DNA of 64,000 nt from contig JAUHZB010000001.1 of NCBI GenBank assembly GCA_030426125.1, positions 94,583 to 158,582 of the forward strand, written 5' to 3'. The notes beneath the pieces were generated by a model. That model did not search any database. It saw only the letters and a list, made by a program, of their open reading frames with translations, and had not been told where the DNA came from. Positions 56,419-64,000 of the stretch are shown here, piece by piece. The stretch is from a bacterium. Its GTDB lineage: Bacteria > Patescibacteriota > Saccharimonadia > Saccharimonadales > AWTP1-31. How positions within the stretch are numbered: position 1 is the first letter of the stretch; each line of letters opens with the position of its first letter. The position numbers and the translations under genes were made by a program.

Positions 56419-57732
56419 ATGGTGAGAACTTTAGCCAGAGATATAGCTAAACATATAGACAAGTCAGTTACTGTTTGTGGCTGGATACATAAAAAGCGTT
56501 TACTTGGTGGGCTGAACTTTATAAATATCCGCGATAGAAGTGGGCTAGTACAGGTATTGGTTGAAGACAAGGACGAAGTTGAAAAACTACGTGGTATGCA
56601 GATTGGTACAGTAGTTTCTATCACTGGAAATGTAGTTAAAGACGATCGGTCTCCCGGTGGAGCTGAGATTCATGAACCTAGCGTAGAGGTATTAGTCCCA
56701 GTAACTGATGAACCGCCAATTGAGATAGATAAACCAATTAGTCATAAAAGCGAACACTTAGACACCCTACTAGATAACAGAGTTATTGGCCTGCGTAACC
56801 TGCAAGAACAGAAGATCTTTAAGCTTCGAGCTGATCTAAACCGCTATATCCGCGAATACCTAAACGAAAAAGAATTTGTTGAAATTCAAACCCCTAAGCT
56901 GTTAGCTGAAGCAACCGAAGGTGGTGCAGAAGTCTTTAAGCTACCTTACTTCGGCAAAGAAGCAACCCTTGCCCAAAGTCCACAATTCTATAAGCAGATG
57001 ATGGTTGGGGTGTTTGAGCGAGTTTACGAAATTGGTCCGGCCTTTAGGGCTGAGCCTAGCGCCACTACTAGGCATATGAGTGAACTCACAATGCTAGATA
57101 TTGAAATGGGCTTCGTAGATGATCATGATCAGGTCCTTGATTTAGTCGGAGATATGACTATATCTGTTCTGAAACGGGCCTACCAAGAACATGAAGCTGA
57201 TCTTAAGAGTTTAAATGCACCTGAACTGAAGCTAGGCGACAGTGTTCCTAAATTTAGTGTTGCCGAGATTCATGAACTTTATTCTAAGGCCAATAACGTA
57301 GATACAACCCAGGAAAAAGATCTTATACCAGATGAAGAACGTTGGATATGTGAATATGCTAAGAAAAAACATGGCTCAGAGTTAGTTTATGCAACCAACT
57401 TCCCAGTAGAAGCTATGAAGTTTTACCATCAAGTAAATCCGGAAGATTCGAAAACTGTATTATGGGCCGACCTGTTGTTTAGGGGTCTGGAAATAGCGAC
57501 AGTGCCACTGCGCGAACACCGCTATGATATTTTGGTTAAACAGATGAAAAAAGCCGGACTTGATGTAGATCATCCAGGCTTTAAATATTACTTACAAGCC
57601 TTTAAGTATGGATTACCTCAGCATGGTGGTTGTGGCTTTGGAATTGATAGATTAGTTGAAAAAACAGTTGGACTAAACAACGTTAAAGAAGCTACTCTCT
57701 TCCCAAGAGATATTAATCGCTTAGCTCCTTAG
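56419..57732 (+). CDS. aspS: Aspartate--tRNA ligase, archaeal/eukaryal type (no GAD insertion)
   Basis: 437 aa. OB-fold N-terminus VCGWIHKKRLLGGLNFINIRDRSG and class II motifs FRAEPS…TRHMSE, GGCGFGIDRL. It is too short for a bacterial-type AspRS. Confidence 0.88.
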   Translation: MVRTLARDIAKHIDKSVTVCGWIHKKRLLGGLNFINIRDRSGLVQVLVEDKDEVEKLRGMQIGTVVSITGNVVKDDRSPGGAEIHEPSVEVLVPVTDEPPIEIDKPISHKSEHLDTLLDNRVIGLRNLQEQKIFKLRADLNRYIREYLNEKEFVEIQTPKLLAEATEGGAEVFKLPYFGKEATLAQSPQFYKQMMVGVFERVYEIGPAFRAEPSATTRHMSELTMLDIEMGFVDDHDQVLDLVGDMTISVLKRAYQEHEADLKSLNAPELKLGDSVPKFSVAEIHELYSKANNVDTTQEKDLIPDEERWICEYAKKKHGSELVYATNFPVEAMKFYHQVNPEDSKTVLWADLLFRGLEIATVPLREHRYDILVKQMKKAGLDVDHPGFKYYLQAFKYGLPQHGGCGFGIDRLVEKTVGLNNVKEATLFPRDINRLAP

Positions 57733-57878
57733 TCGTCTCTATCTGTTAAATATTCTTGTTATAAGTTTGTTGTTTGGTGATTTCTGGATTCTGGATTCAG
57801 CTTAAGGATAATGTTAGGTGTGTTGTTTATGTGATAAAATATCTCTAATAAGTAAGCATAAACAAGAATTCTAAATAT

Positions 57879-59423
57879 ATGCATTTATCTATAATCTCAA
57901 TGAGCTGGAAGTACAAGATTATTTTATTTGGCTTCCTACTTGTGACAGCATTGTTATTCAGTGGTAATCAGGCAAGCGCAGCTACTTTCAACGTAGCTTC
58001 TGGCACTGATCAAGTGTCGGTAGATAGTTCATGCTCACTCAGTGAGGCTATAGAAAATATTAATGATCAAGCACAAACTAATGCTGATTGTGCTGCTGGC
58101 GATGGTCTAGAGGACGCTATAAATATTCCAGCTGGAACTCTTACTTTAAGTGCAGACATACCAACAATTACTGAGTCAGTTGTAATAAACGGGGCGGGCA
58201 TTGATCAGACTATAGTTAATGGAGACAGTGGTCAGTATAAAGGATTTGAGGTAGAGGCGGATGTCGATTTTGAGATACATCATATGATGATCACGGCCTA
58301 TAAACACTATGCAGTTAACGCTGACGCTCAAACAATTGTTGTTACTAATATTGAGGTTGATGGAACGGACTCAACTATCGAGGATGGTGAGCTCGCCGGT
58401 GTAATAGCCTTAGGGCGAGAAAATATAGATAGCTCTATAAATATTCAAAATGTAGACATTCATGATCTAGAGGCTTCATCAACAATTATCCATGGTATAG
58501 GGCTTGGTAACAGGGCAACTGGCAGTAGTACAGAGATAGAATTATCTAATGTGACTGTTGCCAGATTGACCAACAATAGTGCCAGCGGAAGTATTAATGC
58601 CTTTCTTTTTTCTATAGGGGCATTTGGCTTAAACGGTGGCGGTGGATCTATTGAGGCTACCGTTTCAAATGTTACTATAACTGAGGTTGTCGCCAACGGT
58701 GCTGGTGGGTCTGCATCAGGGTTCGGTGGTTTTGGTATGGCATCCTCTGGAAACACTGACATCGTTATTGACGCTAGGAATGTCACTGTAACCGGAATTC
58801 GTGGCAATACTAGCGCTTATGGTGACACCGCAGTATTCTTTTCGGCTGGTGCAGGAATTGGCGTTGGTGATGTGGCTAGTACTACTCTTAATGCTACCAA
58901 CAGTCTTCTGGCAGATAATTTAAATAACGGTGCTTCTTCTAATTGTAAAACTCTAGATGTTAGTGGTGTGTTTGCCGGTAGTGGAAGTGCCGATGTAGAG
59001 ATTAATTCTTTAGGCCATAATTTATCTGATGATAATACCTGCACATCATTTATTGCTGAAGGAGATATGCAGAATATGGCCAATATATTAAGTACACTAG
59101 GTCCACTACAAGACAACGGTGGCCCAGTCCAAACAAGGGCGCTTCTGCCTGGTTCACCAGCTATCGGGGCTGGAGGGGTAGTTTTAGGTATAACTACAGA
59201 TGCAAGAGGTGTCGCAAGGAACCCATCTAGTTGGGATGTTGGAGCATATCAGTCTGTACTAGGGGATTCAACAGATGATTCAGAGCCTGTATCCGCAACT
59301 TACGATAAGGGTAATCTAGCTGACACTGGGCAGGATACTAGTTTGTCTTTCTGGTTTGGAATTAGTTTGATCGTTTCTGTAGCAGGATTGTTTCTCCGTA
59401 GACTAGCTTTTAATTTACAGTAA
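57879..59423 (+). CDS. Wall-anchored beta-helix surface protein, CSLREA + choice-of-anchor-Q-like + LADTG (paralogue C)
   Basis: Signal peptide ending in ASA followed by ATFNVASGTD. SSCSLSEAIENINDQAQ is present. Rungs include LSNVTVARLTNN, VSNVTITEVVANG and ARNVTVTGIRGN. The C-terminal module is LSTLGPLQDNGGPVQTRALLPGSPAIGAG…TDARGVAR…WDVGAYQ. LADTG lies at 59316-59330. M8 (57900) is an alternative start. Confidence 0.85.
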   Translation: MHLSIISMSWKYKIILFGFLLVTALLFSGNQASAATFNVASGTDQVSVDSSCSLSEAIENINDQAQTNADCAAGDGLEDAINIPAGTLTLSADIPTITESVVINGAGIDQTIVNGDSGQYKGFEVEADVDFEIHHMMITAYKHYAVNADAQTIVVTNIEVDGTDSTIEDGELAGVIALGRENIDSSINIQNVDIHDLEASSTIIHGIGLGNRATGSSTEIELSNVTVARLTNNSASGSINAFLFSIGAFGLNGGGGSIEATVSNVTITEVVANGAGGSASGFGGFGMASSGNTDIVIDARNVTVTGIRGNTSAYGDTAVFFSAGAGIGVGDVASTTLNATNSLLADNLNNGASSNCKTLDVSGVFAGSGSADVEINSLGHNLSDDNTCTSFIAEGDMQNMANILSTLGPLQDNGGPVQTRALLPGSPAIGAGGVVLGITTDARGVARNPSSWDVGAYQSVLGDSTDDSEPVSATYDKGNLADTGQDTSLSFWFGISLIVSVAGLFLRRLAFNLQ

Positions 59424-59498
59424 TATATAATGAAAGTGCTTAACTGAAATATAAAAATATAAACCAAAGTAAAATAAAAAGCCAAAAGAATACAGACA

Positions 59499-59771
59499 AT
59501 GAGTTTACTGCTCGATCAACTGAATCTAGATTATGAAATTTATGCTGATGACCCTATTAAGAGAGGCATTGAATTAGGGCACTCCGTAATTGGCCGTATA
59601 TCCTCTGATATATATAATTTTGCCCATCAAACAAATAGTGAAGACGAATTAACTAGTGATTTTCAGCAACCTAAGATGCTGAGCGTTTATAGAAGAAGAG
59701 AGTATCAGTCTAGACCTCTACAGCATTTATACAGTAGAAGAGTTATTGGCTATGTTTCACGCTCAATTTAG
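59499..59771 (+). CDS. Doubtful 90-aa ORF between two convergent surface-protein genes
   Basis: ORF only. No RBS and no recognisable motif. It overlaps the 3' end of the minus-strand gene by 9 nt. Confidence 0.2.
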   Translation: MSLLLDQLNLDYEIYADDPIKRGIELGHSVIGRISSDIYNFAHQTNSEDELTSDFQQPKMLSVYRRREYQSRPLQHLYSRRVIGYVSRSI

Positions 59772-61556
59772 AAGTCTTCTGCGATAACCTGCTATCCCAA
59801 TACATATAGTAAGTATTGATAGTACGATAGCAATTACGATTGAGATATCTTGTCCAGTGTCAGCCAAAGCCGAGTCGGAGTCGTTTGAGGAAGTTTCAAT
59901 TGAATCTCCTAGTACTGTCTGATAAGCGCCAACATCCGGATTGCTGGGCCTAGGAACGCCTCTTGCATCAGTGCTTATTCCTAGAACTTGTCCACCAGCA
60001 CCAATAGCCGGAGAACCAGGTAGCAGTGCTATTGTTGGGACGAAGCCCCCATTATCTTTTAATGTATCTAGAGTAGATAAAACATTCGGTTTTAGTTGAT
60101 AACCGGTGCAATGACTATCATCAGATATATTACTTCCTTGATTTGTCGGTGTTAAATCAGTAAGAGCAGAAGGTATCCCGAATACGGCAGAATCAATCAT
60201 CCCGCAGGTACCAATTATGCCATTTCTTTTATTGCCTGCCGATATCGAATTAATGGATGTTGAAGCTATTGATGTAGTGAAATCTGAAATATTTATTTTT
60301 AAAACGTAAAATGCCACATTATTTCCGGTGGTTATGCCGGTTTCGTATATACTTTCATCGGTCTGGGTAACTAAATTGTTGACTATTGTAGCGTTATAGA
60401 TTGTCATATCTGACCCTTCAGAATTGAGCACCCCTTGGAAGCCTGACATCGTTGGCTGATCATCAAATAGGTTCGTAGCGGTATTGTTTGCAACAGTTAC
60501 ATTTTTCAAATTCTGTACATCGGCTAATTTCCCGTTTACACTCATGCCAGTAGTGTATGGCTGGGAATTAAAATACCCGCCAACGACTGGATTAGAGCTG
60601 GTGGCCGTTACCGAATTACCTGCTATTGTTACGCTATCTACGTCTAATTCCATCGGCACTGTCGCTGAAGGACCACCATCCTGAAAAACTGATAGTATTG
60701 CATTTCCAGTCGCAGAGTTATCTAATACTGAAGTATTAGATATTGTGTTTACTACTTTAGAAACATCATCACCACCAACGCTAGTAAGGTTGATAATATC
60801 AACACCGGTTTTATGAGCTGAATTATTCGATGAGGTTACGTTAGACATGGTTAATGTAGGTATGTCTGTTGTAGCTATAGGAAAGGTAATTACTGATACG
60901 CCTGCAAAGCTTGAAGGATGATATGGACTTACAGAGCTTAAATCATAGGAGCTGGTATTATTTTGGAAATCGCTATTGGTGACAGTTACTGTTATTCCTG
61001 ACAGTATGGCTCCGGATACTGAATCTTCAACTAATACATTAGATAAGTTTATCGACGATGGTTGAGTAAATATAAATCCAGCAAAATCTGCACCTGTAAT
61101 TGTGAAGTTACTAAATCTATAATCATATAGCCCAGTGTCGCTTGAACTAAAATCTGCATTAAAGCCTAAATTACCATCAGCATCGATTGTAGTTGTTGTT
61201 TTTCCGGCACCTTCAACAATTAATGGCTCAGTTAGCTCTGGTAAATCATTGCTTAAAGTAACTGTGCCACTAGGCAAGATGATAGTATCGTTAGCTCCAT
61301 CTCCGGCACTACAGTCACTATTTGATTGAGCTTGATCGTTAATATTTTCAATAGCTTCGCTTAATCTACATTGGCCATCTGCGCTGATTGCATCACTACC
61401 AGAAACTACTGGTATAGTAGCTGCTTCAGCTTGTTGAGTCCCTAGTATATTGCTCATACCAATACATAAAGCTGTAAAGACTATTAGGATAAATGCTTTT
61501 TTATTTGTTTTAAATTGAATCATGGCAAGAATGTTTATGCTTAGATTATAACTCAT
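59763..61556 (-). CDS. Wall-anchored beta-helix surface protein, CSLREA + choice-of-anchor-Q-like + LADTG (paralogue D)
   Basis: GQCRLSEAIENINDQAQ is present. Rungs include MSNVTSSNNSAH, LKNVTVANNTATN and IYNATIVNNLVTQ. The C-terminal module is LSTLDTLKDNGGFVPTIALLPGSPAIGAG…TDARGVPR…PDVGAYQ. LADTG lies at 59853-59867. The likelier start is MIQFKTNKK at 61523, which gives a normal signal peptide. Confidence 0.85.
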   Translation of the reverse strand: MSYNLSINILAMIQFKTNKKAFILIVFTALCIGMSNILGTQQAEAATIPVVSGSDAISADGQCRLSEAIENINDQAQSNSDCSAGDGANDTIILPSGTVTLSNDLPELTEPLIVEGAGKTTTTIDADGNLGFNADFSSSDTGLYDYRFSNFTITGADFAGFIFTQPSSINLSNVLVEDSVSGAILSGITVTVTNSDFQNNTSSYDLSSVSPYHPSSFAGVSVITFPIATTDIPTLTMSNVTSSNNSAHKTGVDIINLTSVGGDDVSKVVNTISNTSVLDNSATGNAILSVFQDGGPSATVPMELDVDSVTIAGNSVTATSSNPVVGGYFNSQPYTTGMSVNGKLADVQNLKNVTVANNTATNLFDDQPTMSGFQGVLNSEGSDMTIYNATIVNNLVTQTDESIYETGITTGNNVAFYVLKINISDFTTSIASTSINSISAGNKRNGIIGTCGMIDSAVFGIPSALTDLTPTNQGSNISDDSHCTGYQLKPNVLSTLDTLKDNGGFVPTIALLPGSPAIGAGGQVLGISTDARGVPRPSNPDVGAYQTVLGDSIETSSNDSDSALADTGQDISIVIAIVLSILTICIGIAGYRRRLLN

Positions 61557-61662
61557 TAATATGATTATTGTAATATTTATGCTTTTCGTTTACGAACCTT
61601 TCTTTGGATGGTTAACTAAGTGTTAGGGTGGCTAGTAGAAATATTATTAAGAGGGTCTTGAT

Positions 61663-62355
61663 TTGGGTAAGCGAGATATAGATCCAACAGCTGGGGGATA
61701 TCCAGCAGAGCAATACAGGCTGGTTGATCCAGATTATCGAATTGATACGCCAGTAGATAGCCGTGGATTAGTTGATATTCACAGGCATATAGACCTAGTA
61801 AAACAGACTTTATCGGATGAGATTGACTGGAGTGGGCAAGAAGTCAACACGCATCATTTTTACTGGCCCTCGACAGATTATCCGAGTATATTTTCAGGTA
61901 ATAGAGAACTAGAGTTAAAATTTAGAAGCCTGCCTATTCATTTGGGTGCTATGCCGGTTAAATTTCATAACTGGTTACATAAAATCAGTGAACCGCCAGT
62001 TAAGCCAAGAAATGAAGTAATGGAGCAGCAAGTCCAGTCATGGGAAGTAGCTGCTAGTGTGTTTAATACAGTTAGCGATTATAAGCGCCGAGCCAGACGT
62101 TATTTAGAAGTTGTCTTAGGTGATTTGGATCGGTCATATATTGGAGCGTTAACCGACATGGAACTTGAGGTAATTAATGATATTTATGATGACTTTTTTG
62201 ATAAGTTATCTAATGTTCATCAAGAGTTGTATCGAGTTCCTGAGGAGTTTAGATTAGTCGACCCTGATCTACCATTTGATACCCTAACTAGAACTGTCGG
62301 TAAAATTGTCGGTGCTAAGGCTCTTTATTTTACTAGGACGGTTCAGCTATCATAG
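61663..62355 (+). CDS. Hypothetical protein with HH…N…HNWLH histidine-rich core
   Basis: TTG start with an AGAGGG RBS 7 nt upstream. NTHHFYWP…FRSLPIHLGAMPVKFHNWLH. I recognise no family. Confidence 0.5.
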   Translation: MGKRDIDPTAGGYPAEQYRLVDPDYRIDTPVDSRGLVDIHRHIDLVKQTLSDEIDWSGQEVNTHHFYWPSTDYPSIFSGNRELELKFRSLPIHLGAMPVKFHNWLHKISEPPVKPRNEVMEQQVQSWEVAASVFNTVSDYKRRARRYLEVVLGDLDRSYIGALTDMELEVINDIYDDFFDKLSNVHQELYRVPEEFRLVDPDLPFDTLTRTVGKIVGAKALYFTRTVQLS

Positions 62356-62359
62356 GAAT

Positions 62360-62608
62360 ATGATAATCGATGTTCGTGAACAAGATGAGTATGACAGTGG
62401 CCACGTCGACGGAGCTATTAATATTCCACTTAGTGAATTAGGTAGTAGTACAACAAAGCTGGATGAGCTGGATAAAGATCAGCAAGTGATTCTCTATTGT
62501 CGTAGTGGTGCCCGGGCTGGTTCTGCGGTGCAACTATTTAAGAGCCTAGGCTTTAAAGACGTTGTTAATGGTATTAACCAACAAACTGTTGAACAACAGT
62601 ACCTATAG
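62360..62608 (+). CDS. Single-domain rhodanese (sulfurtransferase)
   Basis: MIIDVREQDEYDSGHVDGAINIPL and active-site loop YCRSGARAG. ATG at 62360 with an AGGAA RBS is preferred over the overlapping track start at 62306. Confidence 0.85.
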   Translation: MIIDVREQDEYDSGHVDGAINIPLSELGSSTTKLDELDKDQQVILYCRSGARAGSAVQLFKSLGFKDVVNGINQQTVEQQYL

Positions 62609-62661
62609 TTTATTTGTTATTACTGTCCTGAAATTGGTATTTCTATATTAATTCTATATGT

Positions 62662-63996
62662 TTAATACGGCTTAGTAGCAACCAAAGATATATTTAAGGT
62701 TATAGCCTTTTTGCTAGTCGAGGATAGTTGTTTTTCTAGACGTTGCTTGTCTTGGTTATTAAATTCAATACTGTCGTTTACTAGTAGTAGGGCAGTGGCA
62801 GTAGCTTTTTTGTCGCTGTTTTCTTCCAGTTCTAGGGACACAACACTATTTACACCGTTTATGCCCCGCAGTGATTTTCTGATTGAAGCCAACAAATCTT
62901 CACGCTCCTGATTAGCACCAATTATCTTACTATCCAATACTTCCATAGATATAGTTACATCACGTCCAACCAACTTACCGATTTTTTCTTCAATTGCAGT
63001 TATGTCTTCGGTATTAATATCTAGTTCCGATGTTGATCTAATGCTAGCACCAATATTCCAACCAGCTTGGCTGTCTAGCTGAGCATTGACGCTATTTATG
63101 CGAATAGTGGAATCTAGTTCTGCAATTTGTTCATTGAAGCTTTCTTCAACAATTTTACGCTCGCCAATTTCTTGTAGCTCTTTTTCAGTAACCGGCTGGA
63201 TTGAGTCTTGCTGAACAAGTTGTAGATCTATTTGCTTACCTAGTTTATTGGTTAGCTCATCAATTATTTCTTTTTCTTGTTCGAAGCTAATAGTTCTAGT
63301 TGGTGGCAGTAGTAGTAGCGCTTTTATGGAAACTTTATTGCCATCAGGAGATAGCTTGATCTGGTAGTTCTGGATTTCAGTGTTTGGCACAAACTCCTCG
63401 ACTTTTTTATCAATCGTTGTTTTGGCCGAGTTACTAATGGCTGAGCTAGCAATGGAGCTTTCTAGTTGCCAATAAAGCGGGAAAGAGATAATAACTAGGG
63501 CGCCAATAATTAGGGCTACTTGTTTGGTTTCAAGTTTAGAAAAATCTCGGCCATTTATAAAGACCGAGAAGATTAAGGTTGAAACCAGCATTATGGTTAA
63601 AGCGTTGGTTAAGAAAAGCAAAAAACCACCGTAGAGGACCTCGAAGTTAAAGTAGGCTAGTCCGATTCCACTTACACAAAGTGGAGGCACCAAAGAAGTT
63701 GCAACTGCTACACCAGCCACCGAATCGCTAATCTTTGGAATTGCAACTGCCAGGGCGGCTATAACTGCGGCTGCTAGGGCTATGAAAATCTCCAGAGAAG
63801 TTGGGGAGGTTCTCAGCAACATCTCTGAAGTTATTTCTTTATATGGTGTTAATAGAGCAACTAGCGTTGCGCCGGCGAATATAGCTATGGTGGAGATTAC
63901 TAGGATAATGAAGGGGTTAATAGATATTTTTGTTTTCTTGGTAACCAATTTGTAGGAAACATTAAGGATCGGCCACATCAAAGGAGCGATGATCAT
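62662..63996 (-). CDS. DUF389-like integral membrane protein with soluble C-terminal half (probably 5'-truncated by the window end)
   Basis: TM core …AVATSLVPPLCVSGIGLAYFNFEVLYGGFLLFLTNALTIML… is typical of the TIGR00341/DUF389 hydrophobic domain. The reading frame is still open at 63997-63999. Confidence 0.6.
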   Translation of the reverse strand: MIIAPLMWPILNVSYKLVTKKTKISINPFIILVISTIAIFAGATLVALLTPYKEITSEMLLRTSPTSLEIFIALAAAVIAALAVAIPKISDSVAGVAVATSLVPPLCVSGIGLAYFNFEVLYGGFLLFLTNALTIMLVSTLIFSVFINGRDFSKLETKQVALIIGALVIISFPLYWQLESSIASSAISNSAKTTIDKKVEEFVPNTEIQNYQIKLSPDGNKVSIKALLLLPPTRTISFEQEKEIIDELTNKLGKQIDLQLVQQDSIQPVTEKELQEIGERKIVEESFNEQIAELDSTIRINSVNAQLDSQAGWNIGASIRSTSELDINTEDITAIEEKIGKLVGRDVTISMEVLDSKIIGANQEREDLLASIRKSLRGINGVNSVVSLELEENSDKKATATALLLVNDSIEFNNQDKQRLEKQLSSTSKKAITLNISLVATKPY

Positions 63997-64000
63997 ACCA

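Noticed and set aside
59499-59771. The 90-aa ORF between paralogues C and D as a real accessory gene of the adhesin cluster.
   Set aside because: It has no RBS and no recognisable motif, and it overlaps the 3' end of the convergent gene. I kept it only as a low-confidence feature.
53595-61556. The high density of N-x-S/T sequons in the beta-helix proteins as evidence for N-glycosylation by the neighbouring glycan machinery.
   Set aside because: The N-x-T pattern (xSNxTIxxN) is the structural rung signature of parallel beta-helix and choice-of-anchor-Q proteins. No oligosaccharyltransferase (PglB-type) is recognisable, so the sequons are better explained by fold constraints.

Overview
This 64-kb chromosomal window comes from a low-GC bacterium that appears monoderm and small-genomed. 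TGA is used as a stop, so the genetic code is standard. The gene content would fit Saccharibacteria/Patescibacteria: an rpmH-rnpA-yidC-jag origin cluster, an LCP ligase, TagF/TarI-type enzymes, LAxTG sortase signals and an archaeal-type AspRS. I cannot verify taxonomy from the sequence alone. The window opens inside a DnaA-box cluster (probable oriC edge) followed by rpmH. A large wall-anchored beta-helix protein and an acidic orphan then sit between rpmH and rnpA, followed by rnpA fused end-to-start to a NUDIX gene, yidC and jag. From about 5.9 to 40.3 kb, and again at 43.2-46.9 kb, lies one envelope-glycopolymer super-locus. It holds GT4/GT2 transferases, a Wzm/Wzt ABC exporter, a Wzx flippase, an O-antigen-ligase-like protein and a WbaP-type initiating transferase. 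It also holds rfbABCD, PMM/PGM, a WecB/WecC-like pair, a GtrB-like GT2 with GtrA and two GT-C-like paralogs, LCP and UppP. The most unusual part is a complete PAPS supply module (Sat-CysC fusion plus CysQ). It is placed divergently to a TagF-like/TarI-like/Wzx/sulfotransferase operon, which predicts a sulfated, polyol-phosphate-type wall polymer. The 3' third carries housekeeping genes: guaB, purA, nadD, aspS, a CPA2 antiporter, a DsbA-like protein and a CNNM/CBS protein. Interleaved with them are three more paralogues of a CSLREA/choice-of-anchor-Q beta-helix surface-protein family, all ending in LA(D/E)TG sorting signals. There is also an orphan block: an HX4D acyltransferase-like protein, an acidic Zn-ribbon protein and a mini Zn-ribbon ORF overlapping nadD. 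I recognised no rRNA, tRNA, CRISPR array, transposase or integrase. All calls rest on motif reading of the supplied translations and the raw sequence; no database search was possible.
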